Part shown: positions 49,367 through 57,618 of the stretch, piece after piece
Layout: each line of letters opens with the position of its first letter
Numbering within the stretch: position 1 is the first letter of the stretch
Assembly: GCA_023489235.1 (NCBI GenBank)
Contig: JAMDDE010000009.1
Location: 6,439-70,438 of the forward strand
Direction of reading: 5' to 3'
Length of the DNA: 64,000 bases
Origin: Actinomycetota bacterium
GTDB taxonomy: Bacteria; Actinomycetota; Acidimicrobiia; Acidimicrobiales; JAMDDE01
Translations under genes and position numbers: made by a program
Notes under the pieces: generated by a model
What the model was told of the DNA's origin: nothing
Seen by the model: the letters and a program-made list of their open reading frames with translations, nothing else
Database searches by the model: none

Positions 49367-50212
49367 ATGATTGGCTTGTTTCACTTTCGGCAGGGCCCAG
49401 AGGGCAGACGCGTTTCTTCCTCGGGCAGTGCTCTCAGCTTTAAAGGAGTGGTTGCTCTTGCTGGCCAATTCCCCGTGCTTGCTGGCGTGGACCTCGAGCT
49501 CCCCCGTGGCGAAACAATCTTACTGCGAGGGGCCAATGGGGCGGGGAAGACTAGTTTGATGAGGGTTTGTCTTGGCCTCCTGCCAGTCGTATCTGGACAG
49601 GCGAGGGTTCTGGGGTTCGATGTAAACCATCAAAAGGTTGCAATTCGCAAGAACGCATTCTTGCTGGGTCATCAGAGCGGTCTTTATGATGACCTGACAG
49701 TAGTGGAGAACTTACGGTTTGCCCTCAAGGCAGCTCGTAAACCATTGGACGAGATAGGCAGGACCATGGAACTACTTCAGCTTTCCGGGCGTCTTGGCGA
49801 TACGCGGATCGGTCAGCTATCTGCTGGACAACGAAAGCGAGTGGGGTTGGCAGTGCTGGTAGCTCGTCAGCCTGAGTTGTGGCTCCTGGACGAGCCGCAT
49901 GCCAGTTTGGATGCTTTGAGTCGTCAGGTTCTTGGCCAAGTGATCAATGATGCCGTTACCAGGGGATCCACGGTGGTGATGGCATCGCATGAGCACGATG
50001 CTGCCCTTCCGAGAGTTGATCGTATAGTTTTCATGGCTGGTGGGAGGGTAGATCATGTAGAGGTTATCAAAGAGGAAGCTTCTTTGCCTTCTACTCAGCC
50101 GAGGGTAGGTAGCCACGATGATCCATCGATTCCACTCTCCCCTGATATTGGTGAATCCAATACGGATACATCTAGTGAGGCTGGAGGTAGCGGATCAGCC
50201 CATGTGGCGTGA
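49367..50212 (+). CDS. ccmA: Heme ABC exporter ATP-binding protein
   Basis: GANGAGKT, LSAGQRKR, LWLLDEP; first gene of the ccm cluster. Confidence 0.88.
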   Translation: MIGLFHFRQGPEGRRVSSSGSALSFKGVVALAGQFPVLAGVDLELPRGETILLRGANGAGKTSLMRVCLGLLPVVSGQARVLGFDVNHQKVAIRKNAFLLGHQSGLYDDLTVVENLRFALKAARKPLDEIGRTMELLQLSGRLGDTRIGQLSAGQRKRVGLAVLVARQPELWLLDEPHASLDALSRQVLGQVINDAVTRGSTVVMASHEHDAALPRVDRIVFMAGGRVDHVEVIKEEASLPSTQPRVGSHDDPSIPLSPDIGESNTDTSSEAGGSGSAHVA

Positions 50213-50870
50213 TGCAATACTGGTTGCCGGCAAAGACTTGCGAATAGAACTGCGTTCAAGGGTGGCAACCAATCAAATTGCCCCTTTAGGGGTACTGATC
50301 TTGGTGTTGTTTGCTTTTGCACTTGGTCCGGATCGTCCTGCATTGCAAAAAGCTTCGGCAGGTCTTTTCTGGGTAGCCATACTCTTTTCCAGTGTGCTTG
50401 CAGTGCAGCGAGCATATGCAATCGAAAGCGGGGATGCAGCTAGAGAGTACTTGCGTATCTCCGGTCTTGATCCAGCGGGTATCTTCGTAGGCAAAGCAGC
50501 CGCCATAGCCATCCAACTACTTGGCATAGAGGCAGTATTAGGTGCAGGAATTGCAATTCTCTACGGGGCTAAAGGGGGAGCTTGGCTCATAGTGGTGGTC
50601 ACTTCCCTGTTGGCTACCGTAGGACTAGCCTCTGTGGGCACAATATATGGAGTCATTGCCGGAGGGTTGCGGGTCAAGGAGACCTTGCTGCCCCTCTTGA
50701 TGCTTCCTGTGGCCGCCCCAGTACTCCTTTGTGGTGTGGAAGCATGGAACGCTACTCTAGGGGTGCATCTCAATAACGCTCTTCCTTGGGTGCGGCTTTT
50801 GATCCTCTTCGTTATCGTATATGTAGCTTTGGGAATAGTGGCGTATGGACCTCTATTGGAAGGGACTTGA
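50202..50870 (+). CDS. ccmB: Heme exporter protein B
   Basis: MWRDAILVAGKDLRIELRS, LLPLLMLP..P; six TMs; ATG 50202 overlaps the ccmA end. Confidence 0.9.
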   Translation: MWRDAILVAGKDLRIELRSRVATNQIAPLGVLILVLFAFALGPDRPALQKASAGLFWVAILFSSVLAVQRAYAIESGDAAREYLRISGLDPAGIFVGKAAAIAIQLLGIEAVLGAGIAILYGAKGGAWLIVVVTSLLATVGLASVGTIYGVIAGGLRVKETLLPLLMLPVAAPVLLCGVEAWNATLGVHLNNALPWVRLLILFVIVYVALGIVAYGPLLEGT

Positions 50871-51073
50871 ACCTTCATTGCCGTCTCCTCCCGCTGAAGT
50901 TTGCCTCTTTTGATCTGCAAGCCTAGGACTTCTCTCGATGTTCTTACTATGGGGGCAAGCCAATGAGTTGAACGGTTCGCAACGGTCAACCGACTGTCCA
51001 ACAAGGATGCAAAGACTTAAGCTGCAAAAAAGGGGGTGGTTTCCACAATGGCTTTCAACGGTATACGGTAGCA

Positions 51074-52123
51074 ATGATCGCTTGGAAGGAACTAGTAAGG
51101 AAGAAACGTAACGCTATAGCTGGGGGCACCATGAAGGAAGGCACTGTTGTCGAGGCATCATCTGTTAGTGGCAGTACAAGTCCTTACCAGAGATATGTGG
51201 CTAGAAGCCGTCCATGGCTTGCAATAACAGGTATCTCCTCGGTGGTACTGGTTGGCATAACGGTATGGCTAGGCATGTGGGTGACCCCACCGGCTCAAGT
51301 GATGGGTCAACTGGTTCGTCTGGTGTACGTGCATCCACCGGTTGCTTGGGTAGCTCTGTATTTGGCTTTTGGCCTTACTACGCTCTCCAGTCTCTTGTAC
51401 CTGTGGAGAAGGACGAGGAGCATGTTCTGGGACAGGCTTGCAGGTGTATCTGCCGAGGTAGGCTTGGTATTCATTGCCCTCACCCTGGCCACCGGTTCTA
51501 TATGGGCTAGACCTACCTGGGGAGTGTGGTGGACCTGGGATGCTCGTCTTACCTCCACGGCACTCCTGTTCGTACTTTACCTAGGCTATCTGGCACTGCG
51601 ACACGTACCCGGAGAACGTGAGACGAAGGCCAAGCGCTCAGCTATCGCAGCAATAGTGGCCTTCATCGATGTGCCCATCGTTCACTATTCGGTTCAGTGG
51701 TGGCGTACTCTTCATCAACCCCCTACTGTTCTCGACGCCTCTCTTTCCCCCAAGATCTATGGGTTGATGGCTTGGACGCTACTCATAGGTTTTATCGCTT
51801 TTACCTTGGTCTTTGTCTGGCTATTGATCTACCGGTACCAGATAGCCCTTCTAGAGGATGAGGTAGAACAGAGATGGCTCGAGGAAGCGATCACTGAGCG
51901 CAGGAGCGAAGGAGGGGAGCATTTCGCCTTGATGGATGGAGTGGATCTCCATACGGCAGGTTCAGTGGACAGGAGTGCCGGGGAGACCAACGTGGCAGAA
52001 TCGCTGATGGTAGATGCCCCTGAACTGAATGAGCTGATCGAAGCAGGCGAGGAAGGAGCAAGTGAGTCTGTTAACCGATCTTCCTCCGGGGAGGGTACCA
52101 AACTAGCGGGGGTGGATCGTTGA
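51074..52123 (+). CDS. ccmC: Heme exporter protein C
   Basis: YVHPP, GSIWARPTWGVWWTWDARLT (WWD domain), WWRTLHQP. Confidence 0.93.
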   Translation: MIAWKELVRKKRNAIAGGTMKEGTVVEASSVSGSTSPYQRYVARSRPWLAITGISSVVLVGITVWLGMWVTPPAQVMGQLVRLVYVHPPVAWVALYLAFGLTTLSSLLYLWRRTRSMFWDRLAGVSAEVGLVFIALTLATGSIWARPTWGVWWTWDARLTSTALLFVLYLGYLALRHVPGERETKAKRSAIAAIVAFIDVPIVHYSVQWWRTLHQPPTVLDASLSPKIYGLMAWTLLIGFIAFTLVFVWLLIYRYQIALLEDEVEQRWLEEAITERRSEGGEHFALMDGVDLHTAGSVDRSAGETNVAESLMVDAPELNELIEAGEEGASESVNRSSSGEGTKLAGVDR

Positions 52124-52278
52124 GCTATATGGTTGCTGGCTACTGTGTGGTATTGGTCACCCTCTTTGGTTATGCACTATGGCTAGGGGTGAGGAAACGT
52201 AGGTTGAAGCGGTTGCTTGCCCTCATTCGTTCTCAGGGTTTAATCGAGCGTTCTAGTTTACCAGGAGAGCGCCTATGA
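52120..52278 (+). CDS. ccmD: Heme exporter protein D-like (52 aa, missing from the ORF track)
   Basis: MSYMVAGYCVVLVTLFGYALWLGVRKRRLKRLL...: one TM then a basic stretch; overlaps the ccmC stop and the ccmE start. Confidence 0.8.
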   Translation: MSYMVAGYCVVLVTLFGYALWLGVRKRRLKRLLALIRSQGLIERSSLPGERL

Positions 52279-52751
52279 GGTCAGCCGAGGATATCGGTTC
52301 CCCTGTGCTGGAAGATCAGATATTGAAGGCAGATCGCCACCGTCGACTACGAAGAGTGATTATCTTGAGCGTAATCGTGGTAGCTGCAATTGGATTCTTG
52401 TTGTACAAAGGGTTGGGTAGTGCTCTTGACTACTACGAGACCGTGAATCAGGCAGTGGCTGCTAGGTCACAGCTTGGCAGCAGTACCTTCAGAATGGAGG
52501 GGAAGGTAGTTCCTGGCAGCATCCATCCGTTCCGGGGAGGAGTCGATTTCATAATTGAGCACGGGGGAGTGTCCGAACGTGTGGTACAGGAAGGTGCTCC
52601 ACCACAGCTCTTCCAACCTTCCATCGATGTCGTCGTGGTCGGTCACTTCCAAGGAAACTACTTCCTTTCCAACCGACTCATGGTGAAGCACTCTGCGTAC
52701 TACATACCTGAGAAGAGCACCTCGAGGCAGGCAAGCGGAAAGCTACGATGA
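52275..52751 (+). CDS. ccmE: Heme chaperone CcmE
   Basis: N-terminal TM, GKVVPGS, PQLF, KHSAYY (HxxxY). Confidence 0.92.
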   Translation: MRSAEDIGSPVLEDQILKADRHRRLRRVIILSVIVVAAIGFLLYKGLGSALDYYETVNQAVAARSQLGSSTFRMEGKVVPGSIHPFRGGVDFIIEHGGVSERVVQEGAPPQLFQPSIDVVVVGHFQGNYFLSNRLMVKHSAYYIPEKSTSRQASGKLR

Positions 52752-52839
52752 GTACGAATCTGGTTGATTCGATATTTGTTGCCAGCTTGGCACGAAGAAT
52801 TCTCACCAGGACCAGCTCCACCAGGACCAGCCCACGACT

Positions 52840-54777
52840 GTGAGTGCAGCGCTCGGTCACTCGGGTATACTACTTGCTTTTGCTGCTTCAATAGCTGGAG
52901 TGGCCACTATTGTCACGGGGCTTTCCACTAATAGAGTCTCGTGGCTCAAACAGAGTGCCGTCTACGCCTACTTGATTCTTCTTGGTGCACTTCTTGCCGC
53001 TGCGGTCATGGAGCATGCTTTGATCACTCATGACTTTCGCCTGGTGTTCGTGGCCGAAAACAACAGTACGCATACGCCACTCCTGTATTCGATAACCGGC
53101 TTGTGGTCTGCGCTCTCAGGGTCGCTTTTGCTATGGGGTTTGATACTTTCTATTTACATAGCAGCTATGGTGTTCCGTTTTCGCCATCGACTTGGCGAGA
53201 AGATATTCGGGTGGGCTACTTTGGTCACCTACCTGGTATCCGCTTTCTTTTTTGGGTTAATGGTTGGGCCTGCTAATCCATTCCAACTAGTTACAGGGCC
53301 AACTCCGTCCAATGGACCAGGTCCGAATGTTCTCCTGCAGGACAACCCATTGGTTGCCGTACATCCACCCATGCTCTATCTAGGTTTCGTTGGCTTCACC
53401 GTGCCCTTTGCATTCGGCATCGCCGCCCTTGTCACTGGTAAGGTTAGCGACTCATGGTTGGTAGAGACAAGGAGATGGACCTTGTTGGCCTGGGGTTTTC
53501 TCACCGTAGGTATCATGCTCGGTGCCTGGTGGTCTTACCAGGTGCTTGGATGGGGTGGCTTCTGGGCTTGGGACCCCGTTGAGAATGCAGCACTTCTACC
53601 CTGGCTGTGTGGTACTGCCTACCTGCACTCAGTTGTCTTGCAGGAGAGGAGGGGGTTGCTCAAGGTGTGGAATTTGTCACTACTGTCAGCTACTTTTTGC
53701 CTGACTATTCTTGCTACCTTTCTCACCAGGTCCGGAGTGGTGGTCTCCGTTCATGCCTTCAGCAACTCCAACCTCGGTCCCGAGCTACTGTTCTTCTTTG
53801 CTTTGGTTTCTGTGGTAAGCGTGGCTCTTATTGCCTGGCGAGGAGACAAGCTCCGTTCCAGTCAAGGCATCGACTCACTTTTGTCCAGGGAAGGGACGTT
53901 CCTGTTGAATAATGTCCTTTTTGCCGCGATCGCCTTCGTTGTGCTTCTAGGCACTGTCTTTCCCATGCTCGTCCAAGCCTTCGATGGTCAGAAGCTGACC
54001 ATTGGGGGTCCTTATTTCGATACCATGATTACCCCTTTGGCCATAGCGATCCTTTTCTTGATGGGGGTTGGATCGGTACTCCCTTGGAGGAAGGCCACTT
54101 TCCCCATGTTGGTATCCCGTCTCAAGATACCAGCTTGGATAGGGGTGCTCACTATAGTTGCTTGTGTAATTGCGGGCTTACGCGGCGTTGATCTGCTCGT
54201 TGCTTTTGGTTTGGCTGCTTTTACCATCTCTTCTGCCTCTCGTCAGTTGGTACTGGCGGTTCGCTCTGCTAGTCGTGGCAGAGGACGTATCTGGCGAGCA
54301 TTTGCTGGTCGTACCGGGGGTGGCATGGTTGCCCATATTGGAGTAGCGATCCTGGCGATCGCATTTGTCTCCGCTAACTCTCTGGCCCATCGCGGTCAGG
54401 TATCCCTTTACCCGGGCAAGAGCGTGCACTTCAGTGGCCAGGAGATAACTTATCTAGGAACCAAGCGAGTGGTTACCCCCACCAGGGTAGGGATAGAGGA
54501 GTTGGTGGATGTCAACGGCACCCTGTACAAACCTGCGGTGAGTCAGTATGCTCCAGATACCGAAGGTGTAGCTACTCCTGCCATAGCTACCACCGTTAGT
54601 CACGATGTGTACTTGACTGTAGTGAGCTTGCCGCGGCATACCGGCGGCCAAGCTGTCATAGGAGTGATCGTGGAGCCGTTGGTCCTGTGGATGTGGGTAG
54701 GTGGTGCAATATTCGCGCTAGGTATAGCTCTAGCCATTTTACCCGACCGTCGTGGCAAGTCTTCTGTGGAGTCGTAG
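52840..54777 (+). CDS. ccmF: Heme lyase CcmF
   Basis: GSLLLW, HPPMLY, LGWGGFWAWDPVEN, LTRSG..SVHAF, AHIG. Confidence 0.95.
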   Translation: MSAALGHSGILLAFAASIAGVATIVTGLSTNRVSWLKQSAVYAYLILLGALLAAAVMEHALITHDFRLVFVAENNSTHTPLLYSITGLWSALSGSLLLWGLILSIYIAAMVFRFRHRLGEKIFGWATLVTYLVSAFFFGLMVGPANPFQLVTGPTPSNGPGPNVLLQDNPLVAVHPPMLYLGFVGFTVPFAFGIAALVTGKVSDSWLVETRRWTLLAWGFLTVGIMLGAWWSYQVLGWGGFWAWDPVENAALLPWLCGTAYLHSVVLQERRGLLKVWNLSLLSATFCLTILATFLTRSGVVVSVHAFSNSNLGPELLFFFALVSVVSVALIAWRGDKLRSSQGIDSLLSREGTFLLNNVLFAAIAFVVLLGTVFPMLVQAFDGQKLTIGGPYFDTMITPLAIAILFLMGVGSVLPWRKATFPMLVSRLKIPAWIGVLTIVACVIAGLRGVDLLVAFGLAAFTISSASRQLVLAVRSASRGRGRIWRAFAGRTGGGMVAHIGVAILAIAFVSANSLAHRGQVSLYPGKSVHFSGQEITYLGTKRVVTPTRVGIEELVDVNGTLYKPAVSQYAPDTEGVATPAIATTVSHDVYLTVVSLPRHTGGQAVIGVIVEPLVLWMWVGGAIFALGIALAILPDRRGKSSVES

Positions 54778-54830
54778 ATGAGCGATCTTTCGATCCTGCC
54801 TTGGGTAGGAACCTATTCTAGGAGACTTTA

Positions 54831-55688
54831 ATGGCTGAAGAGGAAGACAGGGAGGAGCTGGATATGTTGGTCCGCTCCCTGGAGGATCTAGAACAAGAGT
54901 TCGAGAACGGTGAGGTCTCCGAAGCGGACTATCGCCAACTCAGGATCGATTACTTGCAGCGTATTGCCGAGAGACTAAGTCCTCTTCATGAGAGTCAGGA
55001 TTCCCACAGTGAGACCGGTACGTCTGTGCAAGCGGATTCTGTTGACGAGAGTCGAGGCACAGTTGGTGGTGGCGCTCTTAGTACGGCTGTAGTGGCAAGA
55101 ACCGGTCGACTTCATCGAGCCCCTTCCCGCAAGATGAGGTTGTTGGTGGCAACAGCTGGGTTCTTGATAGTTGCCGTAGTGGGAGTAGTGGGGTTTGCCA
55201 CCAACCGACTCCCTGGGCAGACCCCTACAGGAAGTTTGCGTCTCGATAAAGCACAACGAATCAAAGTGGAGATATCCCAAGCAGCGTCTTTGGTTGACGA
55301 AGGAAAGGATGTCCAAGCTATGGCAGTGTACTCCAAGGTGCTCAAACTTGATTCCAGCCAACCGCAGGCCCTAGCCGGTCTTGGTTGGCTGGAGTACGAG
55401 GCAGGGGCCTCTGCTGGGTCGAAGAGCCTTGTTGCCAAGGGGGAGAGATCGGAGGAGAAAGCCTTGGCTGTGGATCCCAGCTTTGCTTATGGACACTTGT
55501 ACCTGGCTGCTATACTGTTTTCTTACTACAAGGAACCAGGAAAGGCGGCCTCCCAACTGGAGGAGTTCATTGCGGATCATCCTTCTACTCAGCTTGTAGC
55601 AGAAGCGTACCCCTTGATCGTCAAGGTATTCGCTGCTATTGGACATCCTTTGCCGAAGAGCCTATCTATGGCCAACAGCAAGCAATGA
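54831..55688 (+). CDS. TPR membrane protein, CcmI/CycH-like
   Basis: LEDLEQE...GEVSEADY N-terminus, one TM, TPR-like helices; follows ccmF. Confidence 0.7.
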   Translation: MAEEEDREELDMLVRSLEDLEQEFENGEVSEADYRQLRIDYLQRIAERLSPLHESQDSHSETGTSVQADSVDESRGTVGGGALSTAVVARTGRLHRAPSRKMRLLVATAGFLIVAVVGVVGFATNRLPGQTPTGSLRLDKAQRIKVEISQAASLVDEGKDVQAMAVYSKVLKLDSSQPQALAGLGWLEYEAGASAGSKSLVAKGERSEEKALAVDPSFAYGHLYLAAILFSYYKEPGKAASQLEEFIADHPSTQLVAEAYPLIVKVFAAIGHPLPKSLSMANSKQ

Positions 55689-55710
55689 ATGGTGTAGTTG
55701 GTGGCTGTTT

Positions 55711-55755
55711 CCCAGATGAGATGGCCCCAGATGAGATGGCCCCAGATGAGATGGC
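55711..55755. repeat. 15-bp tandem repeat x3
   Basis: CCCAGATGAGATGGC x3. Confidence 0.92.
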
Positions 55756-55843
55756 ATTGCATGACGGCATGGACGGAATAGCACGATCTCTCCAAGCGGG
55801 AGCGGTAATCTTGAGATGGCTGTACTGAAGGGGACTGGAGCCT

Positions 55844-56917
55844 ATGAGAAGAACGGGTTTTGTCGATTCGCCACTGCATACTGGCAAAGCACCACGATGG
55901 CTGTTCGAGCGTATGGTTTCCTTGGCCAGGGAGGTCAGCATTGCAATTGTTCAAGAGCACGGACCTCAGGGCATCCTAGAGAGACTTGCCAATCCTCTGT
56001 GGTTCCAGGCCTTTGGCTGTGTGCTTGGATTTGATTGGCACTCCAGTGGACTGACCACTACAGTCACGGGAGCATTGAAGCAAGCATGGAAGAGTCTTCC
56101 CCGGGAGGAGCTAGGGGTTGTAGCCGCTGGTGGTAAGGGGAAGAGTTCCCTCAGGACCCCTGTCGAGATAAGAGAGGCGTGCGAGACGACCGGTCAAGAT
56201 GCCGAGCAGCTCGTTATGGCCTCCAGGCTCTCTGCCAAGGTAGACTCCGCTGCACTTCAGGATGGATTCGATCTCTACCATCACAGCTTCTTTTTCACTG
56301 CGCAGTCAGAGTGGGTGGTCGTTCAGCAAGGGATGAATCCTTCTTCTAGGATGGCTCGCCGTTACCACTGGTCGACCACTGCCTGTTTCGATCGAGATCC
56401 TCACGCCGCTGTAGCTGGTACTCCAGCAACTAATGTGCTCAATTTGGTGGCCGGGGAGGCAGAAGGCAATCGAGCGGTGATAGTGGAGCTCTCCAAATTG
56501 CCCCCTGTCCAGATCTCCAAGGAGTTGAATGCCCTGACCCGCATCGAGCTTCCTAGGCACCACTTGATCCGTTTAGAGGACATACATCCCGACCGCGTCT
56601 CCAAGGTGCTTCTGAACTCCTATGAGAGCCAGCCGGAGGACTTCACCTCCCTGTTGGCTACCCGAGGAGTAGGTGCCAGTGGATTACGTGCTCTTTCTTT
56701 GGTAGCAGAGTTGGTCTATGGTAAACCAGCTTCCGTGCGTGATCCGGTATCCTACTCCTTTGCTCATGGAGGAAAGGACGGTACGCCTTACCCGGTCAAC
56801 AGGGAGGTTTATGACTCGACTATAGAATCCCTGCGCAAGGCGTTAATGGAAGCCAGGTTGGCCAGGACGGAAAAGGTATCAGCTCTGAAACGCTTGGCTG
56901 GGTTAGCTGTTTCCTGA
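55844..56917 (+). CDS. DUF763 family protein
   Basis: PLHTGKAPRWLF, WFQAFGCVLGFDWHSSG, AKVDSAALQDG, VQQGM, ARRYHW, FAHGGKDG. Confidence 0.88.
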   Translation: MRRTGFVDSPLHTGKAPRWLFERMVSLAREVSIAIVQEHGPQGILERLANPLWFQAFGCVLGFDWHSSGLTTTVTGALKQAWKSLPREELGVVAAGGKGKSSLRTPVEIREACETTGQDAEQLVMASRLSAKVDSAALQDGFDLYHHSFFFTAQSEWVVVQQGMNPSSRMARRYHWSTTACFDRDPHAAVAGTPATNVLNLVAGEAEGNRAVIVELSKLPPVQISKELNALTRIELPRHHLIRLEDIHPDRVSKVLLNSYESQPEDFTSLLATRGVGASGLRALSLVAELVYGKPASVRDPVSYSFAHGGKDGTPYPVNREVYDSTIESLRKALMEARLARTEKVSALKRLAGLAVS

Positions 56918-57002
56918 GACAGGGATAGTGACTTTGCAGACTACCTGGCCTAGGCTATCTGACTGTTCTCTGTAAGGTCAAGACCTGCAAGTTTAAAATA
57001 AC

Positions 57003-57040
57003 GGTGTACAGTTCAGTATTAGGTGTACTATTGAATAGTA
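57003..57040. promoter_or_regulatory. Tandem candidate MarR operator
   Basis: Palindrome TACTATT-G-AATAGTA (57026-57040), preceded by a 14/19 degenerate copy, directly upstream of marR. Confidence 0.6.
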
Positions 57041-57063
57041 AGGCTATAGATTGATAAATTTGC

Positions 57064-57618
57064 TTGATGAGAGGTTTGCCTTCTATGAGCGATACTAATG
57101 GTCGTAGTACTATTCCTTCTTCGAGTATAGACACCAAACTGCTGGCCCAGCGCTTGAGGTTGGCCATGATGCGCATGGGACGTTATCTACGCAGACAGGA
57201 CGATGCGACTTTGACGCTTGCTCAGCTCTCCACCTTGGCCACCTTGGAATCGTGCGGCCCCCTTACCCTGGGAGAGTTGGCTGAGGCGGAGCGTGTTCAG
57301 TCGCCTACCATGACTAGATTGGTTGACAAACTGGAGGCAGTAGGACTCATCTCGCGCATGGAGGATGCCAATGATCGGCGCGTAGTAAGGGTGAAGATCA
57401 CCGCTGCAGGCCTTGACCTGGTAATGGAACGGAGGAGCAGAGGAGATGCATTCTTGGCTACGCAGCTGAGCGTTCTGGAACCCGAGGAGCTCTCGGTTCT
57501 AGCTGATGCAGTCGACATTCTGGAAAGGCTTCTAGAAAGCCATGGCGAGTACGGTACTTCTGAAGAGAGCGGAGAAGGGGCTTCCAATGTTCATCGAGGA
57601 GGGGCAGGGTCCCGATGA
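57064..57618 (+). CDS. MarR family regulator
   Basis: LTLAQLSTL, TLGELA, PTMTRLVDKLE, DRRVVRVKIT. Confidence 0.93.
   Translation: MMRGLPSMSDTNGRSTIPSSSIDTKLLAQRLRLAMMRMGRYLRRQDDATLTLAQLSTLATLESCGPLTLGELAEAERVQSPTMTRLVDKLEAVGLISRMEDANDRRVVRVKITAAGLDLVMERRSRGDAFLATQLSVLEPEELSVLADAVDILERLLESHGEYGTSEESGEGASNVHRGGAGSR

Noticed and set aside
55711..55755. Tandem repeats as a mini-CRISPR or iterons
   Set aside because: Contiguous 15-bp units without spacers; no rep gene nearby
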